A stretch of DNA of 64,000 nucleotides from Lama guanicoe (lineage: Eukaryota): NCBI GenBank assembly GCA_013239625.1, contig MU053934.1, positions 1,915,031 to 1,979,030 on the forward strand, read 5' to 3'. The notes under the pieces were generated by a model, which worked only from the letters and a program-made list of their open reading frames with translations, was not told the DNA's origin and made no database searches. The translations under genes and the position numbers were made by a program. Shown piece after piece: positions 26,112 through 40,559 of this stretch; within the stretch, counting starts at the first letter, position 1, and the number at the start of each line of letters is the position of its first letter.

Positions 26112-26200
26112 AGGACGGAGGAGGGGGAGAGACAGGGAAGGGCAGGCGCCATGCGCAGGCATATTTTAAGGAATGAGTATCTTCGATGGTGGCATTAATT
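25670..26200 (-). promoter_or_regulatory. RBFOX2: 5'UTR and promoter of the MEKKKMVTQ exon
   Basis: Free of interspersed repeats and locally GC/CpG-richer. G/C-box runs at 25960-25995, a perfect TTGCGCAA palindrome (C/EBP-type) at 26058-26065, an alternating (CG/TG)n tract at 26066-26110 and an NRF1-like GCGCCATGCGCAGGC at about 26146-26160. The TSS cannot be placed from sequence. Confidence 0.65.
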
Positions 26201-28569
26201 ATGTAGCACTGGAAGTATTTACAGCAGCTTACCACAGTTAATACAGATTTTTAAATATTCCATCCAAGAATATCTGGTAATTACTAAGAAATGAAACAAG
26301 AATTATTTTTTACAAAACATATCCACTGATGTGCAGTTTATATATAGTCGATTTGATAAAAGATGAGCAGAGCTGCTTAATGACAGTTGGCTGGAAGGTT
26401 TTCAAGGAACGGGACCATGCAAGAATCTACTTGTCCTAAACCAGTCTAATGACTGCAAAGGACAAAAGGAGAGGAGGAAGGTTATTTAAGTGCTTGTTTT
26501 TTCTACTGTAAAAAACCTGGGGATTCTGAAAAAGGTGTCTACAAACATGACTGCTTAAGAAACATCAGGTGGATACAAATCTGACTGCTCAAGGCTCCCA
26601 GCTTTATTAAAAATTCTGGTTAACTGAGAATTCCCCCTGTGTGTTCCCCAGCCTTCTGTATTCAGCCTCTACTGAAAAACATAAACCCTTTCTTATATAT
26701 ACACTGGACATCTGTGTCATTACTGTAAGGAGTATTGGTTGCTGTAGGGGGCTAGAGATACAGAAGGTTTGGTAGGATGTTTACTGAACAGAAGAGTTTC
26801 TTTGAAGTTCTCTTGAAAAGTCATAATGAAACACAGCATCAAAGGTGTGATTCAGTCTAGAAGTCCTGGTCAAAGTCCTAATTCTGCCCTTTACAAGTGA
26901 TCTTGGAAAAGTCTTTAATCTCTGAATATAAATGTCATAATCTCTCTACTATCATTAAATATTCAAATAAAGTAATCAATGGGAATATGTGATGAGTGTT
27001 TATCTCATAAAACAAAGAATTTCTAATTTTTTAGTATTCTAATAAATAAGACGCCATTCTAAAGGCTTTTATTATATATTTTAGTTATGCTATACTTATC
27101 ACGTTATCTCTAATAGGTTACCCAAAGGGCAAAGAGATTCCAAAATTAAGCTTCCAATTTTTAAAATAAACACATAAAGACATCAAAATTAAAAATAGCA
27201 AACCACACTGAGAATACACAATTTTTTGCTGACTCTATGAGGACTGTTTGGCAAAATGTATAACCAAGCTTTTAAAAAGTGTACTGTCTAATAATGTTGG
27301 TTGGCACACTGTCAACAAAACATTATCATACTACCATCCAAAGTAATAATCACTTCAGCAATTCTGAAAAGAAGACACAGGAGCTACCAAACAATCTGTA
27401 GAACCTGGAGAAACTGGTCAAGTCACAGCTATTTACTGAGTCCCTACAATATGTCAGACACTCTTCTGGGCATTTAACAAATATCTGCATACTTCTGGTA
27501 GAATCCATAATATGTAAAGAAATATGTACAAAAGAATGGGATCTTAAAACATAGAAAAAAATTAAAAGAAATAGATCGGTACTAGGCTTGTTCTTATTTA
27601 ACATTTTTAGAAATGATCTAGAAGATAGAACGTCTCATATTCTCTGAATTTGCAACTGAGAAGACAATTAGCAGTCAAAAATTTTGTAAAATGATTATAA
27701 ATCAATAAAACATGTTTAAAAAAAATTTTAAAGACAAAGTGAAGAAGCAAAAAAGAGGTAAGTTTCACTGGTAGCAAGACAATGCAGTGTACTTCTGGAA
27801 AAATTTAAATCATATTTATGGAATAATTATTTTTCAGTTCTAACATAAGAAATACACTGAGAATCAGTGTATACCAGTCTCTGAACCCACTGGTCCACGA
27901 CAGTGCTAGGGTAAAATCCCTGGAGTACCAAGAGACAGACTCCCCGACTCCCCACCACACATGCACACACTACCCTTATGAAAGCTGTGGCGTCTTGAAG
28001 CCTGCAAGCCTCCCTACAAATGGACAGCAAAGCCCCCAAAAGATACTTCTTTTAAATAAAAAATGAGGGATACCTACAGTAAAAAGTCTAAGACTAGGAT
28101 AAAGGTTTCCTTAGGCCTGGTATTCGTGCCTCTTTTCTACATTTAGGACCAACATTTTATACTGCAAATAATACACTTATAAAAGTCATTACCACAAGAG
28201 TATGAGCTAAGAGTAAAAATAAATACTAACATAATTTTCATAAACTCACTCACAGTGAGTACTGGACAAACTCAAGGATATTCTGCAGTGTGTCGCTGAT
28301 TTTAAAGTCTGGCATTATAGAGGACAATGTGCTCTCTCGTGCCCTAGTGAGAGAAGAACAACTGAACGGCCTGGATCTGAACCAGCAAAACAACTAGAGT
28401 TCCCTGGTGGCTGAATGTGCTCAGCAGTGTACCAAGGAAAAACTCACTTGAGAGCATTTTCTGGGTAGGGGCTGGGGGTGGGAATGAGGGGGTTGGGAAG
28501 GTAGACAGGCAAACATATAATAATGTCAGCTAAGGGAGGACACCGTGCCTACCTAATGGAACAGTCTCC

Positions 28570-30450
28570 AGCTCCCAGCACAGTGCCTGGTGTATGGCAG
28601 TTGGTACTGGATAAATATTTGTTCAACAGACAAATGAAGGAGCTTATCCTAGTTGTCTCAACATCTTCATTGTTTCCTCCCTGTTTCATGTAATCCCCAG
28701 AATTCCAGCTTCCTTTCCCCCATATGACTCAAAGGAAATTTATTAAAGTCATCAAAGGCCAGTGAAGGCCAAAGTCAATGGACATTTTATATCTTTTTTG
28801 ACTTCTCGGTGGCATTTGGCACTCCCTTCTCTAGGAAACTCATTCTCACCTTCAAATGACACCAGCCTTTCCTGATTTTCCTATTTCCCTGATCACTCGC
28901 TTCCCCATCTTACTCTTCTGCCTCTGTCCACCCTCTATGTTGGTATTGCTTGAGGTGCCATTTTCAGACCTCATTATACTGCATACCACAGGTTCTTAAC
29001 CCAAAGTTCACACAGGCATTCTGGTGGAAATTTGTTTTCTTACGTGCATTTCTGTGCAGAGAGGGTCTACAATATTCATCAGATTTTCAAAAGGGTACAA
29101 ATCTCAAAAAAGTTAAATGTTGGTCTTCAGTTCCTGCGGCTTCGGGCTGACAAACTTGCTTGTTCTGGGTGATGTCACCCATCCCACTGCCTCGATTACC
29201 GCCCAGATACTTTGATAACCCCCAAATTCCTATGTCCAGTCGTCTTTCCTGAACTCCAGATCAAAATATCCAACTGCCAAATAATGGTCATCTCCATTTA
29301 GATATCCTACAAATTTCTCTATTTTAAAAGTCCAAAACTAAATTAAATTCTCAAAACTGAACCACTAATTCATTTAGCAAATGTGAGTGCCTATTACGTG
29401 CCAGGCACCATTCCAGGTGCTGGGGGAAAACAGTAATCAACAAAGGAAATAAAAATCCCTGCACGTGTGAAGCTTGGATTCTAGTACTCACTCCACCACG
29501 TTTGTTTTGTGAAATGTGGTTAAACTTCATAACTGGTAAAATAGGTACCACTGCTTGAGAAACCTACTTTGTGGTAGCTTACCAGGCAAATATATCCATT
29601 CTTAGCTCATTTCCTCCTCAAGACAAGATGTTTTAATCTCCTCTGTAGAGATGAAGGAACAAAGACTAGTTGAGGCTAAGTATCTTGTTCAAAGTCACCC
29701 AAGCCAGCAAGCTGAAGAGCCCAGATTTAAACCCAGACTCCTCCTCCTCACTCAATACCACACCAAACCAGATGCAAGTCCTATTGATTTCTCGGAAATC
29801 TGCCTTTTCTTTTCATCCCTAGCACCACAAAATCAGTTCTGACCTTATTAATTGGCATGTAGCTCCCTACTTGTCTCTGCCTTCAGTCTCTTCTCAAGCA
29901 AGCTTCTCACTACTGCCAGAGCTTGATCTTTCTAAATGAAAATCTCATCATGCCACTTCCCTGATTAAAATCCTCAACTATTTCCCAGAGTCTACAAAGG
30001 GAAAAAATACTAACTCTTAAGTAGGCATGTAAGAGACATAATGTGGCTTCAGCATACCTGTCCAGAGTCCCTCTCCCCATCCACCGCTCTTCTCTCCTCC
30101 ATACTTTATGACTTACAGTTAGTTCCTCCATGCTTCTGGGTTTTTTTTTTTTTTCCTGTTTTCTGTTCTTACTCCTTTGAGTATGGCCTTTAAGGCTAAT
30201 TCATCCTTCAAGGCTCAGTTTAGGGATCCCCTGCAGCAGAAAGCCTTTCTTGATCTATCTGATCCCGTATCTGGGTTAGGAACTCCGAACTCCTGTGCCT
30301 TAGTGCCTAAGCCATGATTCATATTGTTTCTGCATAACTTTGACTAGACTGTCAGCAATCTGAGGGCAGGAACTGTGTTTCACAATCCTAACCCAGTACC
30401 TAACCTAATGCTTGAATACCTAGTAGATGAATAAATGTTTGATGAAATAA
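28570..30450. mobile_element. Cluster of L2 fragments (both strands), a MIR (about 29620-29750) and a probable hAT MITE (about 28988-29120)
   Basis: L2 motifs (cagcacagtgcctgg...aaatatttgtt; ccaaagtcaatggac; tctttctaaatgaaaatctcatcatgcc) and MIR minus-strand motif. Confidence 0.65.
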
Positions 30451-30472
30451 AACAATAATGCCTTGTTTTCTT

Positions 30473-30920
30473 CTTTTTTTTTTTTTAAATTGAAGTATAG
30501 CCTGTTTACAATGTTGTGTTAATTTCTGGTATACAGCATGGTGATTCAGTCATATACATACATACATACATATATATGTATATATATGTGTATATATATA
30601 TTTCTTTCCATATTTTTCATTATAGGTTATTACAAGGCATTGACTATAGTTCCCTGTGCTATACAGTAGGTCCTTGTTGTTTATCCATTTTAGGTATAGT
30701 AGTTAGTATTTGCAAACACCAAACTCGCACTTTATCCCACCCCACCGCGTTTCCCCTGGGGAAATTATCCCTTCCTACCTCCTTTCCCCCAGGTAATCAT
30801 AAGTTTGTTTTCCATGTCTGTGAGTCTGTTTCTATTTTGTAAATAAGTTCATTTGTCTCACTGTTTTTTTTTTTAGATTCCATATATAAGTTGTATCATA
30901 TGGTATTTTTCTTTCTCTTT
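30473..30920 (-). mobile_element. Artiodactyl/camelid L1 3' end
   Basis: Poly-T followed by aattgaagtatag...atagttccctgtgctatacagtagg...ggtaatcataagtttgtttt. Confidence 0.9.
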
Positions 30921-32627
30921 CTGAATGCTTTGATTTCTATCTCTAGCCATTTATTTATCCATATATGGGTACAAAACGATGAAGAGCATCTATGTGGTTA
31001 CCAAAATATTATCAAAGCATTATTTTCTTCCCAAAGAGTACTTGGAAATACCTTCAAATTCATAAATTTACTTCAGTATCTTAGAAATTTGAAGGCAAAA
31101 GGAAGATGTATAAAATGAGAGAGGAAAAAGGCCTTATTTTCAACATTATTAGAATAGTTCAGATTCTAGACAAAACGATACTCACTGATTAAAAAAAAAA
31201 AAAGGCTCACAACTTCAGGTAGTCCTGCTCTACACAACTTTACATAGATGGGGCTCAACTTCCCCACCTGCCACCCACATACAAGCAATGCTATAAAAGC
31301 AGATCCAAGAGTCCCTGGCCAGAAGGCAGCTTTTGCTCATACTTTCCCAGGCTGCCACTGATGCCCAAGTGAAAAGCAATATTAAAGGGACAGCATTTCC
31401 TGCAGTAATAAAAACTTGTTAGTATAAATGTGCTTCACAGCATGCTCCCCCCAACACAATAACCCTAAGTGTAAATAACAATTTACACCTAACAGATATT
31501 AAATACCTTCCCAGAAGCATCTCCAAGACAATACTACTTTAATATCCTTTGCCCCAGCATCCCTTTTAATATTTATAGATAATTCTATTATAGACAATTC
31601 TATTTATAGATAATTTATATATATATATATATGTAATTTATAGATAATTTATAGATAATTCTGTTATGTCTTAGCTCTTTTTTTATGGTTTGGGAAGGGT
31701 TCAGTTATATAGAACCCATTCTAGAAAAAAAAAGGTGAGAATACAATTTGAATCAAATTCTTTAGACCTTATGCTTATAAAAATCAAATAACCCTTGTAT
31801 TTATTTCTTGTCCCCAAAATCAAATCTTTAGAAAAAGACTACAAATAGCATCCATTAAGATACAGGTGAGGCCAGAGAAATTAGAAAACATCAATTTATA
31901 AATTTTTAGTTAGATTTGCATAACATATTCTTTAAAGTATCCCAAACTCTAGACAACTAGAGTCATGTATACAATTGAAATTATGTGTACAATCTCTGTA
32001 TTCTCTGACAAATTAAAGAAAAGGTTCTCAGACAAATATTAAAGGATGAGACACAAATTTACGACTAACCAAATTATCAAGAAAACAATAAATGAAAACT
32101 GAAGTGTACTGTTTCTCCAGTAATAAAATGTGCCATGTCTCTATTACTAAATTACTGGAGATTCTGCTTGTTTTCTTCACCACTACATCCCTGTGCCTGG
32201 CACACAGTATGGACTCAAAAAACATCTGATGAGCAATAAACTAATTCAAAATGAGAACTTAAGGGATATCCCTCTTCATCCATCTTCCCACAATGAAGTG
32301 GACAGCCTATGGGCTAACCGACTACATCATTCTGCAGACCTGAGCACGCTCTAGGTAAAGGTTATCTTTTACATAGGTCACGTTCTCTCAGTTTTCCAGA
32401 TGCCTAATGTCCTTAAGAGCTGTACTTAGCTGCCCTAAACCCTCAAATCAGGACACTGAGCTACTATGCCCCCAATAATGTAATACCCCGTGTCTACTTC
32501 CTCCAACTGCCCCATTCACCTCAAAATGATAATCAGTGCCAATGTGTTCAAGGGGTGACAGGCTAAGTAAAATGGCCTCAGGGAAAACTGTGATAATAGA
32601 TGAACCCCTAACTTGCAACCTATTAGT

Positions 32628-33545
32628 TATCACATAACGTAAAATTTACCGTCTTATCCATTTTTAAGTATACAATTCAGTGGTATTAAATACAGTGGCC
32701 CCTTGAACAATATGGTTTTGAACAGTGCAGGTCCGCTTACACGTGGATTTTTTTCACTGAATATGTACTATAGCACTACATGATCGGTGACTGGTTGAAT
32801 CTGAGGGCGCAGAACCATGGATATGAGGGCTGACTGTAAGGTTATATAGGAATTTTTGACTGCATAGGGCTGGTGTCCCTAATCCCCATGTTGTTCAAGG
32901 GTCAACTGTATATTCATAATTTGCTACCATCACCACACCACCCACCTCTTCATTTTTTAAAATGAGACTCTATATCCATTAAACAATAATTCCCCAACCC
33001 CCAACCCCCCCTGTCCCAGAGCCCCTGGCAACCACCATCCTACTTTCTGTCTCTATGAATTTGACTACTCTAAGTACCTCTTATGAGTGGAATCATACAG
33101 TATTTGTCTTTTTATGACTGGCTTAGTTCAATTAGCATAATATCCCCAAGGTTCACCCATGTTGCTCCTTCTGTCAGAATTTTCTTCCTTTTTAAGGCTA
33201 AATTTTATTCCACTGCATGTATGTATATTTTGGTTATCCACTCATCCACTGATGCGAAATTGTGTTGCTGCTTCTACCTTTGGCTATTGTGAATAATGCT
33301 TCTATGAACATGGGTATACAAATATCTTTCCAAGACCCTGCTTTCAATTCTTTTGGGTATATACCCAGGAGTAGAAGTGCTGGGTCATATGGCAACTCTA
33401 TTTTTAATTTTTCAGCAACTGCCATATTGTTTTCCACAGCAGCTGTACCATTTTACATTCCTATCAACAGTGCACAAGGGTTCCAATTTCTCTACATCCT
33501 TGCCAACACTTGTTATTTTCTGTTTTTTTGACAGTAGCTATCCTA
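32628..33545 (-). mobile_element. Ancient L1MA/MB-type 3' end with a nested Tigger MITE
   Basis: gcccctggcaaccacc...tactttctgtctctatgaatttgactact; the decayed ORF2 C-terminus is visible in ORF 33234-33437 (IELPYDPALLLLGIYPKE). Confidence 0.9.
32693..32908. mobile_element. TcMar-Tigger MITE (MER8/Tigger2-like)
   Basis: TA|cagtggcccttgaacaa...ttgttcaagggtcaactg|TA: TIRs with TA target duplication. Confidence 0.85.
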
Positions 33546-36087
33546 ACAAGTTACAGTTTAACCATCCAGTCAGAAGTGATAAATGTCTAATCTAAAAGAG
33601 TAATTTCAAGAACAGTTTCTCAAATAGACTTTTTATGGGAAGGGAGACTACACTCATTGTCCTTTATTCATATCCAACTAGCCCCTATCTACTTACTCTG
33701 CCTGTATTTTAAACTGCTTTGGCCCAGATTTGGTTCTGCAAAAATTGTAACTAATAAAATAACTAATTTCAATTGTACACTTTTAAGACAGGCATAATTT
33801 TATTAACCTCAAGGGCAATAAAAGGTCAAGTACCTAAAATACTTCAGTGCCCTGTGTTGAGAACTCACTTTATTTCAGTATCTCAACACTAGCAATTCTA
33901 GAAATACTTTATTTAAATAATAGGTGCAAAACCTTTAATTAAAAAAATACTATTCAATCACGGTTTCAATATTTTCAAATTGCACAATGCACTGGTACAG
34001 AACCACAAGTAGTATGCAATGAGGAGGTTTGTTTTAACTAAGTACAAGCATATAAAAAGCTAAAAAGAAAATTTTGTAACTATAGTTGAGATAAGAGTTT
34101 GGGTAGCAAACAACATCTATTACTCATCTATAAATGCACTGGAAAAAAACTGTTACTCTAACAGAATTAACAAATAAGACTGTAAGATAGTTTGAGATCC
34201 TTCAACTTAAAACGGCTTTTTCAATCACATTGATTTTCCTGATGTAGTAGAGAATGTACTCTTAAATTTTAATATCCTATTATCTGCATTTCTAAGCTAC
34301 CTTAATTTCAGAGAGAATAAACCTACTAAATGGAGCAAAGTCAAGAAAGTGCTGTTTCAAATACTGAGCACCAAATTTATCAGTACTAAATCTTAATGAC
34401 TGAAAAGATTTGGGGTGGCAAATTCATTTTATCATAAATGAATAAAATTTTACTGCAAAAGACTTTATCAAACATGTCATAATTTCTAAATAGGAATCCT
34501 TTAACCCACCCCACAATTTTTATTACTGCAAGAAATGGCCAATTTTCTACATCAAAAATTTTATTTACATACTATAATTTTTTTTTTCATAAATCTCCAA
34601 CACCTCAATCTTCTTTGGAAACACTTTTTCAGTCTTGTCTTCTGAGACGATTTTACTTCTATTATAGTTACTACAAGTCCCTTCCTTTACTAGTTGGGTC
34701 TCAGAAATTTGCTTTTCACAGATGTTTCTCTTCACATCTGTGCACATCAATATTTACTTGTAAGAAGCTTTGCTTCAAATCTAGTCTCATGACACTTTCA
34801 GCCTGAAGCTGTTGCACAGACCAATCTATTGTTTCATGCCAGGAGAGAGAGAGTTCACAGATAAATGAGACCCAACTCGTCAAATATATCAAAACCTCAT
34901 TATGGAAAATACATACTTCATCAGAGCAACTCAAAATAATGAAAAATTATCCAGTTAATATAAAACATACAGTATAGACCAATGTGTTAGAATAGAGTTA
35001 AAGAAACACAACCATATCCCCCCCACCCACGTGCCTTCCACACTGGTAGCTTAAGGCCTGTCCAAGTAAGTTTACTCTGGAGGGCTCACACAACAGGCCC
35101 AATTAAAAATAGCTTGCCTTTAGGCCCAACATACCTAATAAGATATACTTGTGTGTCTGTAACTTCCTTTAACCCTATGTATTTCTGTCCAAACCACAAC
35201 TTTGGAGCTAATTATTAGAAAACTGGCTATTTGAAAGAAAAAATAACCAATGCCACGAAAACAAACTAAATCAAACTGAGAAACCAAGTAGTATCTATAA
35301 TCCAGTTAACTGTATTGATAACCATTTTTATTTTCCGCTTCTAGGTTTTCAGCACAATCAATGAATACTTCAAAGAATCATGACACATGAAAGATCATCT
35401 AGTCCAACCCATTCATTTTATATACAAGGAAAGTGAAGTCAAGAAAAATGAAGCTATCTGAGCACGAACATGGAGGTGGTTAATACTACAGCTTGAATCA
35501 GATTCCAGAATCTTTAACTTCAACTTCACTCACTATACTGCTACTAACTTAAAGATAAAGTTATTCAGGAATATGCTTGATAAAGACCTAAATTTTTATG
35601 ATTCTAGATTTCAACAAGTTAGTAACTAACATGGCAATTATCCCATCACTGAACAGTCTAAAATGTTACAATAAGTGTGGAGAGAGCGCCCTCTACTGTA
35701 TATTACCTTTCTGAAAAATACAGCAACAATTGGAAACGCTATCTGTGCTTCTCATCTACTCAAAAGGAAGCCTGAAGTTTACTACAACATATATATGGGG
35801 GCTTAGTTATGTTACATTTACAATGCCAAGCACACTATTTAAAACACACACACACACAAACACACACACATCTCTACTTTTAGGATTGAAAGCAACCACT
35901 CCTGCCCAGCCCTCAATTCTACAAAATTCAAACCTCCTGTTATAGCAAATGAGCAAATAACTTCGGGAAATCTGCTCTGAGTGGTACCAGGTCAGAAGAC
36001 AGGAAGTTTATAAGCATTTCATCCCCCCATAAGACCCTCACATCAATCAAATACTATCTAGAAAATAAGTCATAACCCTTAGCTTAC

Positions 36088-36132
36088 CTGGACAACAGGA
36101 TATTGATAATCCATACAATACACACCATACAT
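36088..36132 (-). CDS. RBFOX2: Candidate RBFOX2 alternative first coding exon, MYGVYCMDYQYPVVQ
   Basis: ATG TAT GGT GTG TAT TGT ATG GAT TAT CAA TAT CCT GTT GTC CAG|gtaagc: 45 nt, phase 0, near-consensus donor, in-frame TAG upstream, about 550 nt of repeat-free leader. Confidence 0.7.
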
Positions 36133-36720
36133 AGCAAAGGGGAAAAAAATCTTCAGATAAGACAGTACAAAAAGTGTCTAAGCTTTTGCCTTGTTTGATC
36201 TGGCTGTCCTGTCCAAAGGAACTAGGGAGCACCAAAAAATCCTTGGCCGACTTCCAGTCTACGCAGATAGGTATGTTGGCTCAGATGATGAAGAGCTTGG
36301 TTCAGCCCACGCTTCCACCCCAATAAGATTCAACACTACACAGAAGAACATTCAGGGAAAAGCAAAAAGTTCCGACTGAGTTATAGACTGAAAACGACAC
36401 TAGAGATTTGCTGTTACTGTTGGTTTTAAATTGACAACTCCTCCAGAAATTCAAGAGGCAGAGAATGACAGCCAAGGAAGGGAACACAGGCTCCTTAAAG
36501 TGGCACACAAAAACGGTAGGAAGCACAAGGTATCCGGGATCCAACATGATATATATATTCTAGGCTTTAAGTACGTCAGAGGGAACACTCCCAATCCAGA
36601 ACATGGAAAGGCAGATGGGACTGGTTTTATTTCTCTATTTCTTCTTGGGCGGGACTGCACGCACGCGCATGCACGTACACACACACACACACACACACAC
36701 ACCCTTCTCAATTTCTCCGG
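36133..36720 (-). promoter_or_regulatory. Putative 5'UTR/promoter of the MYGVYC exon
   Basis: Repeat-free with raised CpG. GGGCGGGA at about 36647, a CRE-like TACGTCA at about 36572 and a GCGCATGC-containing (CA)n tract at 36656-36701. Confidence 0.45.
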
Positions 36721-38448
36721 CAGAGACAGGTGTTAGGATTAACAGTATAAAATCCTTCTGCCATGGAAAGGAATGGGAGAAAAATGAAGTCACACTGCTA
36801 CATGCAGTAAAAGGATCTCTTTCATGACATTGTATGTTTCTGTATCATTTAACATCTCCTCCACTGTGCTTTAACAGAAGCTAGGACAGCTGGCAGGATC
36901 AGCACTAGAAAAGAGGAAGGTGGCCCCAACTCTGAGGCAACATGAGTCCACTGGAGACCTTCAGATATGCAAGATACTCTCTCTCAGCTGTTCCAGTCAA
37001 ACATGGAAGGATTAACTCCGGCTGCCTGCAAAAAGGTTGGGGGTGGAAAGGTCTTTTCAGAAAAGCCAGTTGCTCTTCCCCTTTTAGGAAGCTGCTATAC
37101 CCACCCTGCCATTATATACAAACACACATGTGCACACATATTTCTATAACAGATTTTAAAAGCAATAACAACCATGGACAGGTGTTAAGTCAGTCTGACA
37201 ATGCATGGTAAGTTAAAGAGGTGGCTTTCAGAGCCTAAATAGCCCATCTAAAAATCAGAGAACTGCTAAGTAATTCTTAGGAAATAGGATAAGAGTGAGC
37301 AGAAAGTAAAGAGAAATGCTCAGTAAGAGAGACATACCATTTATAACTATCTCTCCTAAGAAATCTCCTACTTGGGGCAAACATTCAAAAGTTCAAAATG
37401 ATAAATAATTCTAAATTAGTTTTAGGAGCTCTGATCTCCCTAATCTTGGAGAGCCAGTAATATTAGAACATGTTTTAGTAAGATTAGCCCGTGAGGATTA
37501 TTTGCAACTGTGAGGCATTTGTAAGAGTTTAAGAATTACCATGCCCCCTTCATCCCCAGTGCAATTTTTCTCCTTTTATGGTCACTGCAATTTATTTTAT
37601 TATTGTTCAGGAGAAATTGTTTTTTAAGAGTCAAAATGGCCTTAATACATTTAAGATAGATCTCTTGGTTAAGCATTTATCTTAAATCGGTTCTAAGACA
37701 TTAGGAGGACCATTACAATGTACTAAATTATCTTCAGATTGCTAATACCGATTCTATGTGTATTACACATGAGGGACAATAATCAATTCAGTGTAATTTT
37801 TAAAAGTTTACTGGATATCTATTATACACAAGGTATTGTGCTAACAAGCACTGGAGAAATGAACAGATACAGTTCTACTGTAAAGGAATTTGCAGTTTAT
37901 GGGAGAATAGATGAGTACCCAGGTAAAACCGAAAGGCAAAACAACGCTACAGCACAAAATTAAACATTGTAAGCAATTTCTTATACAGGGAATAACATTT
38001 TCAAAAAGCTGCTCTTTATGAACACTTCCATAAAGTGTCACTTTCTCACCACTAAAACTATGAGGCCGTTCTATGTCAGTTCTTAACAGAGATTACCTGA
38101 GCCTTAGAACATTTTTGATCTGATTCGTCACAACTTAAGGGCTTGTAATATACATTCTAATTGTCCTCTATATAGTTACTAAAATGGTAATTAAGAAATA
38201 ACAAAAGGAATATTTCTGTAATAAAACGTTATACTAAATTTCCCCTTCTAATCAAATCAAGTAATTCTCCAGTCCTCCTTCCTCCTGTACACACGGCCGT
38301 CCCACCTTCACTGTACTTCATTTCATACACAGCAGTACTGGCCACACACATACTTGTAAACTAACATCTTAAACCACTATTACATCTTCTTGATATGACT
38401 GGTATCAAGATTCTCTTGATAGGAAAACTGGGAAATGATGATACTTAC

Positions 38449-38478
38449 AAACCACCAAGGGCTGTGATAATAAACCAT
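38449..38478 (-). CDS. Weak candidate N-terminal exon, MVYYHSPWWF
   Basis: gccATGG strong Kozak context, 30 nt in phase 0 to TTT|gtaagt. Possible acceptor tttgtcag 2 nt before the ATG. Confidence 0.3.
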
Positions 38479-40559
38479 GGCTGACAAACTTAACTTTCAT
38501 GAGTTAACTCAGTTCAATATCTGATGGATTAATCACAGAAGATGGAATTTTCCTAAAGATGACAGATTATAACTCAAATTCTAGAACAACTGACACAATT
38601 TCAGCCTAAAAGTGCTCCCCAAATATGTTACTGAGGGCCTCATCAATTTCTGGAGCTTTAAATTCTTATTGAGGATAGATTTACACATATAAGATGAAAA
38701 GATGAGACTGATAAATTAAACAAAAAAAATTATATTGCTCAATAATGGTTAGAGTGTAATTCCATATTTGTAAATGCACATATGTATCTGTGTATATTAA
38801 TCAATAAGTTACATGTGTAATTTATAAGCTTTATGTCTTACATGTAAGTTACATGTTATATTTTTATATACACACATATAACTTACTTGTTGACACACAC
38901 ACCAATATATGCCATAGATAGTATGTATTACATTCACATACACACCCACAGACACACAATTCCACACATACATTATGACAGGCATAAGACAAAACCGACA
39001 CCTATAGGGGGGTGGGACAGTGGGAAAGTGAGTTGGTTTTCATTTATTACTTTAGAGACAAACTTCTAATTTGTTCAAATATATTTAAATTGGCATTTAT
39101 TGCTCCTGTAATTTATCTTTTCATAAGTTTAAGGGCATCACAACAGATTTTACTTTGAGTACAAATACTTTAAAAATTAATAATACTCTCTCAGTCTCTC
39201 ATTTATATTATCACATTTGCTTTACCTGACATGATGGCGTAAATATAAACTCTCATTTAATCCTGGAGGATTTAGACACTAAATAATCTGTGCTCAGTCT
39301 AGTTTAAATAATGAGCCCTTCAGAAAAATGGCAAAATAATTCAATATGTGAATTATAACTCCCTGTACTTCTTGTCTTTTTACTTACTTCTTTCTGTAAA
39401 ATTTTTAAAATTCTTTTAATTAAAGACCAATAATTTAGTCAAACTTAAATTCTAAAATACAGAGAGAAAGGCAAACCTTTCACCAGGAAGACAGCATACT
39501 ACAAAAGATTAAATTACAACAGGGTGAAAGGGTTGCTCTCCTTTCCTAACATACAGTCTTTCTGCAGACTAATGTAGCCTTAACAGAGATTCTATGCATA
39601 CATCGGAAGTTCAATATCATTGTTTCAATAATTTTCCTAATTTTCAAATTGACTTAAAAAATGGAAACAAAAAATGTAACCATTTTCAACTCAGAAGTTA
39701 CTACTAAGTGATTCCCACCCACCCCAGAACATACTAGGTATTTCCTTTAAGTTTTAAATACTATCATATTCATTCAAATAAAAATTTCAGAAATAAAAAG
39801 ACTGATTCTTCACAATAAGGTCAGAGTTATTTGCTGACAATTTTAATTCAAATCATTTGAAAAAGTACACGCTATGCAATATTATTAATGCTTTTATAGT
39901 ATTAAAGTTTTTATATACTGATCAATTAGAAATATGAATATAGAAAATAGCCTTTCATATATATATTTCTATATATCTCATTAGCAGAGATATTTAGATT
40001 GTATGTTTCAACATTTGGGCACACCTACAACATGTCTGTTAAACAGAATGTAATGATATCAGAAGGAAATAAATCTAGTGATATTTAGGAGTGAGATATC
40101 TAGAAATTAAGCTTGAGATTTATGAAATTTAAGTTTTGCTAACAATAAAGCAGACAATCTATCATATCAGTCCCATGCCAGAGGACACAGTTGGTGACAC
40201 TGTCGTGTAATCTGTACCATCTACTGCCCTAGGGATCTCAAGACTTACCAAGTACTGGATAATCAGAAAATATTTGACATTCTTCTCTTTTCTACTCTCT
40301 CATTCTTGTTTTCTTCTCTCCTTTTCCTTCCCTTCTGCCTACACCACAATCCTACCAAGAGTGTTTAAAGATACTAGTTAGGCCTCAGGGTAGAATGCTT
40401 TGGCAAAGATTGCAAAGACCTCTTCTCTAAGGTTAAAACTGGGTTTAGGAGCAATCTCAGAAGGTTCTCAAAGATTGCCGTGTACTGGGATAATATAGAA
40501 GTTCAAAAAGAGGCAGGACTTGAGATAGACAGATGAGGACGGAGGGAATGGGAGAAAGA

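Noticed and set aside
26233..26263. ATG...GTG|gtaagc upstream of the MEKKK promoter
   Set aside because: 31 nt (phase 1); cannot supply an in-frame N-terminus and has no other support.
33083..33595. Overlapping ORFs with protein-like look
   Set aside because: Decayed L1 ORF2 and 3'UTR sequence.
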